A DNA stretch of 64,000 nucleotides from an uncultured delta proteobacterium (GCA_963826785.1 CAWGYD010000005.1:64001-128000); one strand, 5' to 3'. Numbered from the stretch's first letter, positions 11,301 to 22,011 are shown. The notes: generated from the sequence alone by a model not told the origin. Made by a program: numbers and translations.

Positions 11301-14300
11301 AATTCCCTCTTTGCCATGGGCGCATGGCACGATATGGGACAGATGGCCGCTGATCTTGAACATAAGAACGTCTATGCCCATGAAATCGGCGGTGCGTTCA
11401 ATGTCGCCAAAAAAGCCTGGAATTTAAAAGGAAGAAAAAAAGCGGTCTGGACGAACTGGGGGATTCTCGCCCCGGAGAGCGAGGTCAGAGAAGCGCTTGA
11501 CGTCGGAACCTCTGGCGCACCTGATCATCATCAACGCGCCGGGCAGTATGGTCATCGGCGGAGAGCGGGGCGCCTGCGAACGGATTATCGATAAAATCGG
11601 TAAAAGCAAAGCATATCCGCTGGCCTACAATATCATCAACCACTGCCCTGAATTATCCCAATACGCGGATGAATGGCGAACACTTCATCGCCGTGACACG
11701 GCAGACGTTGCCGATGTCCGGTTTTACTCCGCCGCGACATGCAGCCATTATCATCCCACGGCTGAAAAATCGGCCCGGGCCATTCTGGATATGGCGACCC
11801 GCACGCTCGATTTTCCCCGGATGATTGAAAACGCCTGGAAAGACGGGGTTCGAATTTTCCTTGAACACGGCCCTCGCAATAACTGCAGCCAGTGGATCGA
11901 TCAGATCCTTGAGGGGAAGGATCACCTGGCGGTCTCGCTGGATCAACGCGGCCGATCTTCCCTGACCCAGATGGTGCATGCTGCGGCACAACTCAAGTCG
12001 GCCGGGGTGTCCGTCAATTTCGATGAGTTTGAAAAACGGATAGCGTCATCCGATTTGAGCAAAAATGATCGTCATAACAGTAAACAGGATAAACAGTTTC
12101 CCACCAGAACCTATCGCGTTCATCCTTCCAGAATTGAATTGCCTGAAATTCCCCGGGCCGGCGGAAAAGTTATCCATTTTTCGCCGGCCCAAACCGATGC
12201 ATCCGGTATATCTGAGAAAAGCGGGGATACAGATCCGGAAGATATGCAAATGATGCCGCCGGCCCCCCACCTGCCGTCCATTATGGAAGAGATCGAGGCA
12301 TCAGCGAAACAGACTGAGGACACACAGGAGATATCGGATATTTTGAAAAACAATCCAGAAACGGATCTTTTTACAGAGCGTATTTTGGCGGATATCGCAT
12401 CGCAAAATGCCGATATATCCAAAGTGCATCAGGATTTTCTCGCACAGCAGTCCAAAGTCCATGAACGTTATCTGGATCACCGCTTAAATGTGTTAACCCT
12501 GCTGGGAAAGCTCGCCGGGCAGGAAATTTTTCCTTCTTCTCCTGAAGCAGGCGCATCCGCGATTCCGAACCGGAAAAACGCTTCTTGTCAACCGCCTGGC
12601 AAACCTGTTCGTGATAATGAGGCCAAACCGGAAATCAAATCTGGTCGCAAATCAGATACCCCAAGTGCCCCGCCTGTTTCTGCTAACCCGGATCATGATT
12701 CCGGTGCATCCGATGCATCCGAAAATTTTATCGACCCTGTGAATGATGGCGTTGTTCATAAGCATGTCGATCCGGTCAGAGAAAAGTTTTCCCATGAACG
12801 ATATATCGAACCGACCGGGCCGACATTTTCCAAAGAACAGCTTGAAATTCTGGCGTCGGGCAACATATCAGACGTTTTCGGGCCGATGTTTAAGATTCAG
12901 GACAACTATCCCAGGCAGGTGCGCCTTCCTGAATATCCGCTTCTGCTGGCCGACAGAATCACCGGGCTGGATGCAGAACCCGGCTCAATGGGCAAAGGCG
13001 TCATCTGGACGGAAACAGACGTTGTTGCGGGGGCCTGGTACTTAAATGATATTTACATGCCTCCCGGCGTCACCGTTGAGTCCGGCCAATGTGACTTGAC
13101 CCTTGTTTCATACCTGGGTGCGGATTTTAAAAATCAAGGCAAACGCGTATATCGGCTGCTCGGGTGTGACCTCATCTATTACGGCGAACCGCCGAAGGTC
13201 GGCGATACGCTCTGCTACCAGATCCACGTGGATGGTCACGCGAATATCGGCGAAACCCGGATTTTCTTTTTCCACTATGACTGCCGGATCAATGGCGAAC
13301 TGCGTCTGTCCGTCAGAAATGCGCAGGCCGGGTTTTTTTCCGATGAAGAACTGGCCCGATCCGGCGGCATTCTCTGGCGTCCTGAAACCGGTGAGCACAA
13401 GCCGGATGATGAGGCGATTCTTGTTCCGCCATATGTTAAATGTACCCGAAATCAATTTTCCAAAGACCTGGTGAAAGCGTTTTCCGAAGGCCGCGTGTTT
13501 GAATGCTTCGGCCCCGGTTTCGAGTTGACCGAGACCCACTCAAAAACGCCCAAACTCCAGTCCGGCATGATGCTGCTCCTGGATCAGGTCACCCGGTTCG
13601 ACCCGAAAGGCGGCCCATGGGGCCGCGGGTATCTCAAGGTGGAGAATGATATCCCGCCGGATGCATGGTATCTGACATGCCATTTTAAAAACGATCCCTG
13701 CATGCCGGGAACCTTGATGAGCGACGCCTGTTTGCAGAGTCTCGCGTTTTATTTGACGGCCATGGGGTTTACCATTAAAAGGGACGGCTGGCGTTTCGAC
13801 CCCGTACCGGATGAAATATATCATATCAAATGCCGGGGGCAGGTCACTCCGGAAAGTCATAGACTGGTGTATGAAGTTTTTGTGGAAGAGATCATTGCCG
13901 AGCCATGCCCCACCGTCTATGCCGATATTTTAGCCACCTGCGACGGACTGAAAATTCTGCATATTCGCCGCATGGGGCTGCGTCTGGTGCCCGATTATCC
14001 GCTGGATTGCTGGCCGCACCTGCTTGAAGGGCATGTTGAAAAACATCCGGTTGCCCGAATCGGGGATATGGAATTCGGATACAGGTCGCTTTTGGCCTGT
14101 GCGTTCGGCAGACCGTCAGATGCTTTCGGCGAGCTGGGGAAACCGTTTGACGGGCCGCGGCATATCGCCCGTCTTCCCGGCCCCCCCTACCATTTCATGT
14201 CACGGGTCGTATCCATTCAAGCAACCATGGGCAGCATGCGCACCAATGAGACGATCGAGGTTGATTACGATATTCCGCCGGATGCATGGTATTTCGATCA

Positions 14301-16410
14301 AAACGGCAACCGCACCATGCCTTTTTGCGTGCTCATGGAAGTTGCGCTGCAGCCCTGCGGCTGGCTGGCGGTGTTTGAAGGCGGTCCCGCCGCATCAGAA
14401 AAACCGTTGTACTTCCGCAACATGGATGGCACCGGTACGCTGACCAAAGAAATTTTTCCGGATTCCGGAACGATCCGCACCCGTACGACCCTCACCAATA
14501 TCATCAATTTCTCGGGCTTTATTCTCATTAATTTTGATGTTGAATGTTTTATCGCCGACGCCTGTATTTATAAAATGAAGACGGGGTTTGGCTTTTTTCT
14601 CAAAGAAGCCCTTGACCATCAGGTGGGACTGCCCGCCACGGATGAGGATCGCCAGTGGCTCGAGGAACCCTGTGATTTTCTGGTGGAACTGACAGACAGA
14701 CCGCCCGGGTATTGTGAAGTCGCGCCCTGCCTGCCAAAACCCATGCTGTTAATGATTGATCGTGTGACCGGTTTCTGGCCGAAAGGCGGACGCAAAGGCA
14801 TCGGTCGTCTCAGGGCTGAAAAAAAAGTTGATATCAGTGAATGGTTTTTCAAAGCCCATTTCTTTCATGACCCTGTTCAACCCGGTTCCCTTGGGGTGGA
14901 GGCCATGATACAGACGCTTCAATTTTACATGTGCCACACCGCCATGGCCGAAGGAATTAAAAATCCGCGGTTTGTACCCATCGCCATTGATAAGCCGGTC
15001 ACCTGGAAATACCGGGGCCAGGTGACCCCAGTCATTAAGCGAATCTCCGTTGAGATGGATATTATCGAAACGGGACGGGATGAAAAGGGTTCCTTTGCCG
15101 TTGCCGAAGCATGGCTGTGGGCGGATCAGCTAAGAATTTTTCATGTAAAAGATTTATGCATGTATATTGTGCCCGGAGGCCCTGACGCATATGAGAAAAA
15201 GAGAAACAATAATGAAAGCGGGGATCATTCCGGTGCGAAAAGCCAAAAACATTCCGTAAAAAACAGTGTCATTAAATATATCACGGGTACCGTGCCCATC
15301 GATCATGTCGATCCCGCTTTCATTCATCTTTCCAGAGACAAAAAAACAGCTTCATGTGACTTAATGCCCCTTTCCCGTTTTCCAATCATGATTCAGAAAA
15401 CAGACAGCAAAAAGCCCTGCATCGAAGTGGGAGCGCCTGTACTGGATTATGAGCGGATTTTTGAATATGGCCGGAAATTATTTAATATCGGTCCCTGGTT
15501 ATTTGAAAATATTACCCGCTCGCTATGGGAACGGTTTGTAAGATATGTGATTATCGAAGATCCCAACGCCTTTGAAAAAGTCTCGAACCGCAGTCTCCTT
15601 TATCTTGGAAATCACCAGATCCAGGTGGAATCCATGCTTTTTCCATTATTGGCCCAGGTACTGACAAAACGCCGAATTGTCACCATTGCCGATGCAGCCC
15701 ACAAAACCGGTTGGATCGGCGCTTTAAATGATATTATCTACTCGCATCCGGGGATTTTTTACCCCAAAAATATCGTATACTTTGATCAGACCAACCGAAA
15801 ATCCCTGTTTGATATCATTGATAAATTCAAAGAACAGATTCAAAAAGAAGGGATATCCGTATTTCTGCACACCGAAGGCCGACTTGGACTGACATGTAAA
15901 ACGCCCGTAAAGGTGTTAAGTTCGGTTTTTATCGACATGGCCCTTGAATCCGATTTACCGATCATACCGGTCCGGTTTACCGGCGGGCTTCCGGTTGAAA
16001 AACTTGAAAAGACCCTCGACTTTCCGGTGGGGTACGGAAAACAGGACTACTATATCGGCAAACCGATTTTACCTGAAACACTCAGGGCGTTAAATTATGC
16101 GGACCGCAGAAAGACGGTCATTGATGCCATCAACAGGCTTGGTGGTTTAAATGAACAGGAAACCCCTCATGCGCCTGACCCGCATTTCACGAAAGAAGTT
16201 GAATCATGGCAGAAACAGACAGGCGCCTCCGAAGTAAAAGCAGTAATTTTTAAAGCCTTGGAGATGTTAAACGATCCCCCGGAAACAAACCTGCACAACC
16301 TGCTGGTGAAACGCGGCAATAGAGCGGCAGTTCAGTATGCAGATGATGAAAGCGGCCTCTGGTTGGAAAAACTGTCAGAGTGGCTATTCAGTTCGAAGGG
16401 ATATATATAA
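8335..16410 (+). CDS. PfaBC/Pfa3-type fusion KS-CLF-AT-(DH'-DH)x2-acyltransferase; split by frameshifts near 11095 and 11497 (ORF pieces 8335-11112, 11109-11594, 11497-16410)
   Basis: KS: DAACASS, ECHATGT, KSNMGH. CLF with Cys replaced (SSEELSG). AT: FTGAAG..YPQMG, GFSSGE. FabA-like DHs: HFKNDPCMPGTL, HFFHDPVQPGSLG. PlsC-like C-terminus: LYLGNHQIQVES, HTEG, LPIIPVRF. The AT domain reads continuously across the pieces if three single bases are removed. Confidence 0.88.
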
Positions 16411-16420
16411 GGAATTCATA

Positions 16421-18172
16421 ATGCCAAAGACCCCCATAAATAAACAATCCTCCCAAAAAACCGACGGTCCGCCCACTTTTTTTTTAAAAGATAGAGATAT
16501 TGAAGAACAGTTACTGATCAAGGACAGGGCCATTGCTTCGGCCATTTATGGAATTGGGATCGGCGATCTTGAAGGAAATATTATCTATGTGAATGATGCT
16601 GCCCTGCGGATGTGGGGAGCGGGAGACCCTTCGGAAATTCTGGGCCGATCTGCCCTGGAATTTGCCAGAGATAAGGAACAGGCGGAGCAGATTTTAATTG
16701 AAATGGTGCAAAACGGGCACTGGGAGGGCGAAATTGAAGGGTTTCGAAAAGATGGCACGCCGGCCACCATTCATATGGCGGCCAATATCGTCTACAATGA
16801 AAATGGCGAGCCCATCTGCACGATGGATTCCTTTATCGATATCACCGATCGAAAGAAAATGGAGGAAGAGCTCCGTATCAAAGACTTTGCCATCGCCTCT
16901 TCAATTTACGGCATCGGCATGGGCGATCTGGAAGGCAATATCACCTATATCAATAATGCGGCGCTGCAAATGTGGGGAGCGGATGACCCTTCTGATGTGA
17001 TTGGCCGATCTGCCCTGGAACTTGCCAGAGATAAAGACCAGGCGGAGCAGATATTGCTTGAAATGCTGACAAAAGGGAGCTGGGAAGGTGAAATTGAAGG
17101 GTTTCGAAAAGACGGTACGCCGGCCACCATCCAAATGGCAGCCAATATTGTCTATAATGAAAATGGCGAGCCCATCTGCACAATGGACTCTTTCATTGAC
17201 ATCACCGATCGAAAAAAAATGGAGGAAGAGCTTCGCATCAAGGATTTTGCGGTCTCATCGTCCATCCAGGGAATTGTCATCGGTGATTTGATGGGGAATA
17301 TCACGTATGTGAACAGCGCCTTTCTTGAATTGTGGGGCGATGATGATGCTTCTGAAATCATTGGAAAATCAGCCATCAGCTTTGCAGTGGATCAAGAACA
17401 GGCGGAAAAAGCCCTGGAAGCCGTTTTGGACAAGGGTTATTGGAGGGACGAAGTCGATGTAATGATCAAAGACGGCTCCATCATCACCGTTCTGGTTTCA
17501 GCCAATCTGGTGAAAGGTGCCGAGCATAATCCGATCTGCATGATGGCATCTTTCATGGATATCACGGATCGTAAAGTAGCCGAAGCAAAACTCGAAGCGG
17601 CCAACGAAGAGCTTGAAGCACGGGTAATGGAGCGAACCCGTGAACTTCTAAGGATGAATGAACGACTCGTTGCCGAAGTTGAAGAACGCAAGCTGTCTGC
17701 AAAGGCGTTGATCGAAAAAGAGGAGGAGCTTCGTCTGCAAACGATAAATCTTCAGGAAACAAACACCGCTTTGAAAATTTTATTAAAACAGCGGGAACAG
17801 GACAAGGAAGATCTTGAAGACAAAGTCTTGTCAAATGTCAAAAATTTAATTTTACCCTACATCGAAAAACTAAATGAAACCCGGGTAAACTCCAAACAAA
17901 AAACGTATCTGGACATTCTTGAGTCAAATGTTAATGAAATCGTATCCCCTTACCTGCAAAAATTGTCGGGGCATTTATTAAAAAACCTCACCCCCATGCA
18001 GGTCCAGGTGGCCGACCTGGTTAAAGCCGGCAAAACAACCAAGGAAATTGCCGATCTGCTTCGTCTGTCCGACAGAGCCATTGAATTTCATCGAAACAAT
18101 ATCAGGGATCAGCTGGGATTAAAAAGCAAAAAGATCAATTTAAGAAACTTCCTGCTGTCTCTGACGCAATGA
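16421..18172 (+). CDS. Triple-PAS, coiled-coil, LuxR-type HTH transcriptional regulator
   Basis: Three PAS/PAC repeats ending DITDRK. C-terminal LTPMQVQVADLVKAGKTTKEIADLLRLSDRAIEFHRNNIRDQLGL. ATG 16421 follows aaggaa, 10 nt after the pfa3 stop. Confidence 0.9.
   Translation: MPKTPINKQSSQKTDGPPTFFLKDRDIEEQLLIKDRAIASAIYGIGIGDLEGNIIYVNDAALRMWGAGDPSEILGRSALEFARDKEQAEQILIEMVQNGHWEGEIEGFRKDGTPATIHMAANIVYNENGEPICTMDSFIDITDRKKMEEELRIKDFAIASSIYGIGMGDLEGNITYINNAALQMWGADDPSDVIGRSALELARDKDQAEQILLEMLTKGSWEGEIEGFRKDGTPATIQMAANIVYNENGEPICTMDSFIDITDRKKMEEELRIKDFAVSSSIQGIVIGDLMGNITYVNSAFLELWGDDDASEIIGKSAISFAVDQEQAEKALEAVLDKGYWRDEVDVMIKDGSIITVLVSANLVKGAEHNPICMMASFMDITDRKVAEAKLEAANEELEARVMERTRELLRMNERLVAEVEERKLSAKALIEKEEELRLQTINLQETNTALKILLKQREQDKEDLEDKVLSNVKNLILPYIEKLNETRVNSKQKTYLDILESNVNEIVSPYLQKLSGHLLKNLTPMQVQVADLVKAGKTTKEIADLLRLSDRAIEFHRNNIRDQLGLKSKKINLRNFLLSLTQ
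16502..17581 (+). repeat. Three internal PAS repeats, period 360 bp
   Basis: EEQLLIKD / EEELRIKD / EEELRIKD start at 16502, 16862 and 17222; copies 1 and 2 are highly similar at DNA level. Confidence 0.9.
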
Positions 18173-18242
18173 ATTTATTGAAGTTGGAAAACCTGGTCCT
18201 CTGGGCCAGGTCAGAGCAATCGGCTATGCCACACCACGGATA

Positions 18243-18271
18243 TGGAATAATGGAATGTTGGAATAATGGGT
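18243..18271. repeat. Dispersed intergenic repeat tggaataatggaatgttggaataatgggt (copy 1)
   Basis: 29 bp identical to 45315-45343; built from tggaataa-like units. Confidence 0.85.
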
Positions 18272-18292
18272 TTGCAGGTATCCTGCTTTCTT

Positions 18293-20221
18293 TTATTTCA
18301 CGGACAGGCCCGGCGGCACCGGCCGATCCAGGGTGACCACGGCGCCGTCTTTATCGGAAATGGCCGCCAGCAACATTCCCTCCGAGCGGACTCCCATGAT
18401 GGTGGCGGGTTTCAGGTTGGCCACGATCACCACCTGTTTTCCGATAATCTGTTCGGGCGTGTAATGCCGGGCAATCCCGGCCACCAGGGTCCGCCTTTTG
18501 CCCCCATCTTCAACTTCAAGCTTCAACAGTTTATTGGCTTTGGGAACCGGTTGGGCAGCCACCACCCGGGCCACCCGGAGGTCGAGTTTGAAGACATCCT
18601 CGATGCTGATCTCCGGTTTTGCTGCCCCGGGTGCCGCTGGCGAGGACTTCTTTTCCGGTTTTGGGTCAATTTTTCCAGGTTTGTCCGCCTCGATGCGGGG
18701 GAAGAGCTGCACCGGCTTTGATATCCGGGTTCGGGGCAAAATGGAACCCCAATTCTTGAGCCGGCTGAGCAGACCATCGGCCGGGTCGTTTCCCTGGCCC
18801 AGGTGCGCCATCATGGCCGTCGATGTTTCCGGCATTACCGGCGAAATCAGGCCGGCTACAACCCGCAGTCCTTCCAGAAGATTGATCATGACCGCACCCA
18901 GGCGGTCTTTTTGCGCTTCGTCTTTGGCCATCTCCCATGGCGCCATCGTATCCACGTATTTGTTCATCCTTGAAATCAGCTGCCAGACCGCCTGCAGGGC
19001 CTTGTGAAACTGCAGGTTTTCCATTGCGGCTTCAAAATCGGAAATGGCCCCGGATGCATCCTCTTTCAAGCCGGGAATATCGGTTTTTGCCGCCGGATCA
19101 ATATCCGGGACGATGCCTTTGAAATACTTGTTGAACATGGCCAGCACCCGGGAGAACAGGTTTCCCAGATCATTGGCCAGATCCGAATTGATGCGGCTGA
19201 CCAGGATGTCTTCTGAAAAATTCGAATCCAGGCCGAACACCATCTCTCTCATCAGGAAGAACCGGATGGCGTCCGTGCCATAGGTGGATTTCAAATACAC
19301 CGGGTCCACGACATTGCCGATGCTTTTTGACATCTTGGTTTCATCCACATTCCAGTAGCCGTGCACATACAGGTTCTGGTAGAGATCGATGCCGGCCGCT
19401 TTTAGCATAATGGGCCAGTAGATCCCGTGGGGTTTCAAGATGTCTTTTGCCACGATGTGGCGTGCATGGGGCCAGAATTTCTTGAAGTTGTCGCCGTCCG
19501 GATAGCCGAGAGCGGAGACATAGTTGAGCAGGGCGTCAAACCAGACATAGGTGACGAATTTATCATCGAAGGGCAGGGGGATTCCCCATTCCAGGCGAGA
19601 CTTGGGCCGGGAGATGCAAAGGTCCTCCAGCGGTTCGCGCAGAAACGCCAGTACTTCATTTTTATACCGTTCCGGCTGGATGAACTGCGGATGGGCGTGA
19701 ATATGGGCGATCAGCCAGTCCTGGTAGCGGCTCATTTTAAAAAAATAATTGGATTCCCGGATCATCTCCGGCCGGGTGCCGTGATCCGGGCATTTCCCTT
19801 CCGTGAGTTCGCGTTCCTGATAGAACCGCTCGCAGTCAAAGCAGTAGAGACCCTGGTATTCTGAAAAATAAATGTCTCCGGCATCATAGATCTGCTGCAG
19901 CACCCGCGTGACCACCCGGATGTGATCCGGATCGGTGGTGCGGATGAAATGGTCATAATCGATGTCGTAGCGGGGCCACAGGTCGAAAAAGAGGCGGCTG
20001 ACGGCGTCCGCGTATTCCCGGGGCGCCATCTGCTGTTTTTCCGCTGCCTTGACGATCTTGTCCCCGTGCTCGTCGGTTCCGGTCAGAAAAAAGGTATCGG
20101 CTCCCTGCATCCGGTGAAACCGCCGGGCTACGTCCGCGGCGATGGTGGTGTAGGTATGGCCCAGGTGGGGTCTGGCATTCACGTAATAAATGGGAGTGGT
20201 GATATAAAATGGATCGGTCAT
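18293..20221 (-). CDS. metG: Methionyl-tRNA synthetase with C-terminal tRNA-binding domain
   Basis: YITTPIYYVNARPHLGH, LTGTDEHG, zinc knuckle CFDC..CPDH, YVWFDAL, KMSKS, C-terminal OB fold (VIVANLKPATIMGVRSEGMLLA). Confidence 0.97.
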   Translation of the reverse strand: MTDPFYITTPIYYVNARPHLGHTYTTIAADVARRFHRMQGADTFFLTGTDEHGDKIVKAAEKQQMAPREYADAVSRLFFDLWPRYDIDYDHFIRTTDPDHIRVVTRVLQQIYDAGDIYFSEYQGLYCFDCERFYQERELTEGKCPDHGTRPEMIRESNYFFKMSRYQDWLIAHIHAHPQFIQPERYKNEVLAFLREPLEDLCISRPKSRLEWGIPLPFDDKFVTYVWFDALLNYVSALGYPDGDNFKKFWPHARHIVAKDILKPHGIYWPIMLKAAGIDLYQNLYVHGYWNVDETKMSKSIGNVVDPVYLKSTYGTDAIRFFLMREMVFGLDSNFSEDILVSRINSDLANDLGNLFSRVLAMFNKYFKGIVPDIDPAAKTDIPGLKEDASGAISDFEAAMENLQFHKALQAVWQLISRMNKYVDTMAPWEMAKDEAQKDRLGAVMINLLEGLRVVAGLISPVMPETSTAMMAHLGQGNDPADGLLSRLKNWGSILPRTRISKPVQLFPRIEADKPGKIDPKPEKKSSPAAPGAAKPEISIEDVFKLDLRVARVVAAQPVPKANKLLKLEVEDGGKRRTLVAGIARHYTPEQIIGKQVVIVANLKPATIMGVRSEGMLLAAISDKDGAVVTLDRPVPPGLSVK

Positions 20222-20898
20222 GATCCGGTTTCCTTTCTGCCCGGGCGCCTTTCCGGCGGGGTGTAGGCATCATTTTCAAACGTCAGGCAGCACATCAGGC
20301 GCCCGCAAACCCCTGATATCTTTGTGGGGTTGAGCGAAAGTCCCTGCTTTTTCGCCATTTTGATGGAAACGGGATCAAATTTGGTCATGAACATGCAGCA
20401 GCACAGTTCCCGGCCGCATCTGCCGATCCCGCCGCACATCTTCGCCTGGTTTCGGATGCCGACCTGGCGCATTTCGATTTTGATGCGGAATTCCCGGACC
20501 AGCATCTTGACCAGTTTACGGAAATCCACCCGGCCGTCGGCCGTAAAAAAGAAGGTCATTTTGGTGGCGTCAAAATTGCTTTCGGCGCAGAACAGGTTCA
20601 TCTCCAGTTCCAGTTCTTTAATGCAGGCGTGACAGAAGGCAAACGCCCGGGCTTCGGTCTCCCGGTTCTGTTCAAGCTGCCCCAGGTCCTGCTCCGTGGC
20701 CGGCCGGAATACTTTTTTCAAGGCATGGGACTGCTTTTCAACCTGGGCCGGCTGAGTGGCCACAACGCCGAACCCAAGTCCGTTTTCCGTCTCCACGATC
20801 ACCCGGTCGCCCACATTCAGCACAAAGGCACCGCAGCTGAAATCGTATATCTTGCCCGCTGGTTTGAAACGGACGCCAATGACTTTCTCCATTTCCAT
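20218..20898 (-). CDS. ricT: PSP1-domain / RicT (YaaT)-like Fe-S protein
   Basis: VIGVRFKPAGKIYDF, FTADGRVDFRKLVK, GGIGRCGRELCC, LNPTKISGVCGRLMCCL; lies between holB and metG. Start position approximate. Confidence 0.85.
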   Translation of the reverse strand: MEMEKVIGVRFKPAGKIYDFSCGAFVLNVGDRVIVETENGLGFGVVATQPAQVEKQSHALKKVFRPATEQDLGQLEQNRETEARAFAFCHACIKELELEMNLFCAESNFDATKMTFFFTADGRVDFRKLVKMLVREFRIKIEMRQVGIRNQAKMCGGIGRCGRELCCCMFMTKFDPVSIKMAKKQGLSLNPTKISGVCGRLMCCLTFENDAYTPPERRPGRKETGS

Positions 20899-20963
20899 AT
20901 ATTCAACCTTTAATGGCAAACCTGAGCCATCTTTTTATAATTGCCCGGAAACGATTTCAGGCG

Positions 20964-21995
20964 CTAATTTCTGGCGGCAATCGCCATCACAAGACGATCC
21001 ATGGTCAGCCGCGGATTGGCATTTGCCTGAAGATCCGATTCCGCAATGGATATGGCCTCCAATTTACGGACAACCGCGTCCAAACTGGTTCTGGAAGCTG
21101 CCTGACGCAAAACAACGATTAAATCCCGGTTGATCACCCGATCCGGCGCATCCCCGCAGACGGCGATGTCCCGGAACCAGATTTTCATGACATCCAGTGC
21201 GTTTGTCAATTGGTCCCGGTTTTTGGAAAGGGCTTCTGAAAAGACAAGACCCGGACGGATCCGGCCGGAAGAGAAACAGCGGACGGCCTTAAGAATCTGA
21301 TCGCGCTGGTCAATCCAGTCCGTTTCGATCAGTCTTTTTGCCCGGGCCATGCTTCCCTGTGCCATTGCCGCAATAACCGAGGCATGGGGTGTGGCCAACC
21401 CCTCGTATTTTATCAAATGGTCCTGCAGGCGGTCCCGGGAGATCGGATTGAACCGGATGTGCCGGCACCTGGAAACAATGGTGGGCAGCAGGTTTGAATC
21501 GCTGTCCGCGATCAGCAGAAAGATGGTCCGATCCGGTGGCTCTTCGATGATCTTGAGCAGCGTATTGCCCGCTTCGGCATTCAACGTATGGGCATCCGCG
21601 ATAATCGCCGCACGGATTTGGGCCTCGTTGGGTTTAAGGATGAGTTTTCGGCAGAGGTCCCGCACCGAATCCACTTTGATGGCTGCCCCTGCCGGTTTGA
21701 GGCGATGGATATCCGGATGGCTTCCCCCCAGGATTTTCCGGCAGGACCGGCAGGTACCGCAGGGATAAAAAGCATCGTTTGTCTTTGCCAAAACAACATC
21801 GGTCGTGACCGTCGGATGGCGGACATGCCGATTTTCACAGTTGCAGGTCATGGCCAACATCAGCGCGGCGGCACTTTTTCCCACTCCCGCCGTTCCCGTA
21901 AACAAAAAGGCATGGGGAAGGTTGCCGCTTTCAAGGATGTCCGTCAGCAGACGGACGGGCCTTTCCTGGTCGATCAGTTTGTCTATCCCGGGCAC
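20964..21995 (-). CDS. holB: DNA polymerase III subunit delta'
   Basis: HAFLFTGTAGVGK, PCGTCRSC, HPDI, NTLLKIIEEPP, LLPTIVSRC. Confidence 0.93.
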   Translation of the reverse strand: MPGIDKLIDQERPVRLLTDILESGNLPHAFLFTGTAGVGKSAAALMLAMTCNCENRHVRHPTVTTDVVLAKTNDAFYPCGTCRSCRKILGGSHPDIHRLKPAGAAIKVDSVRDLCRKLILKPNEAQIRAAIIADAHTLNAEAGNTLLKIIEEPPDRTIFLLIADSDSNLLPTIVSRCRHIRFNPISRDRLQDHLIKYEGLATPHASVIAAMAQGSMARAKRLIETDWIDQRDQILKAVRCFSSGRIRPGLVFSEALSKNRDQLTNALDVMKIWFRDIAVCGDAPDRVINRDLIVVLRQAASRTSLDAVVRKLEAISIAESDLQANANPRLTMDRLVMAIAARN

Positions 21996-22011
21996 GCGGT
22001 TATCCGGCCGA

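Noticed and set aside
11085..11510. Programmed ribosomal frameshifting in pfa3
   Set aside because: No slippery sequence or stimulatory structure seen; similar +1 insertions occur in unrelated genes.
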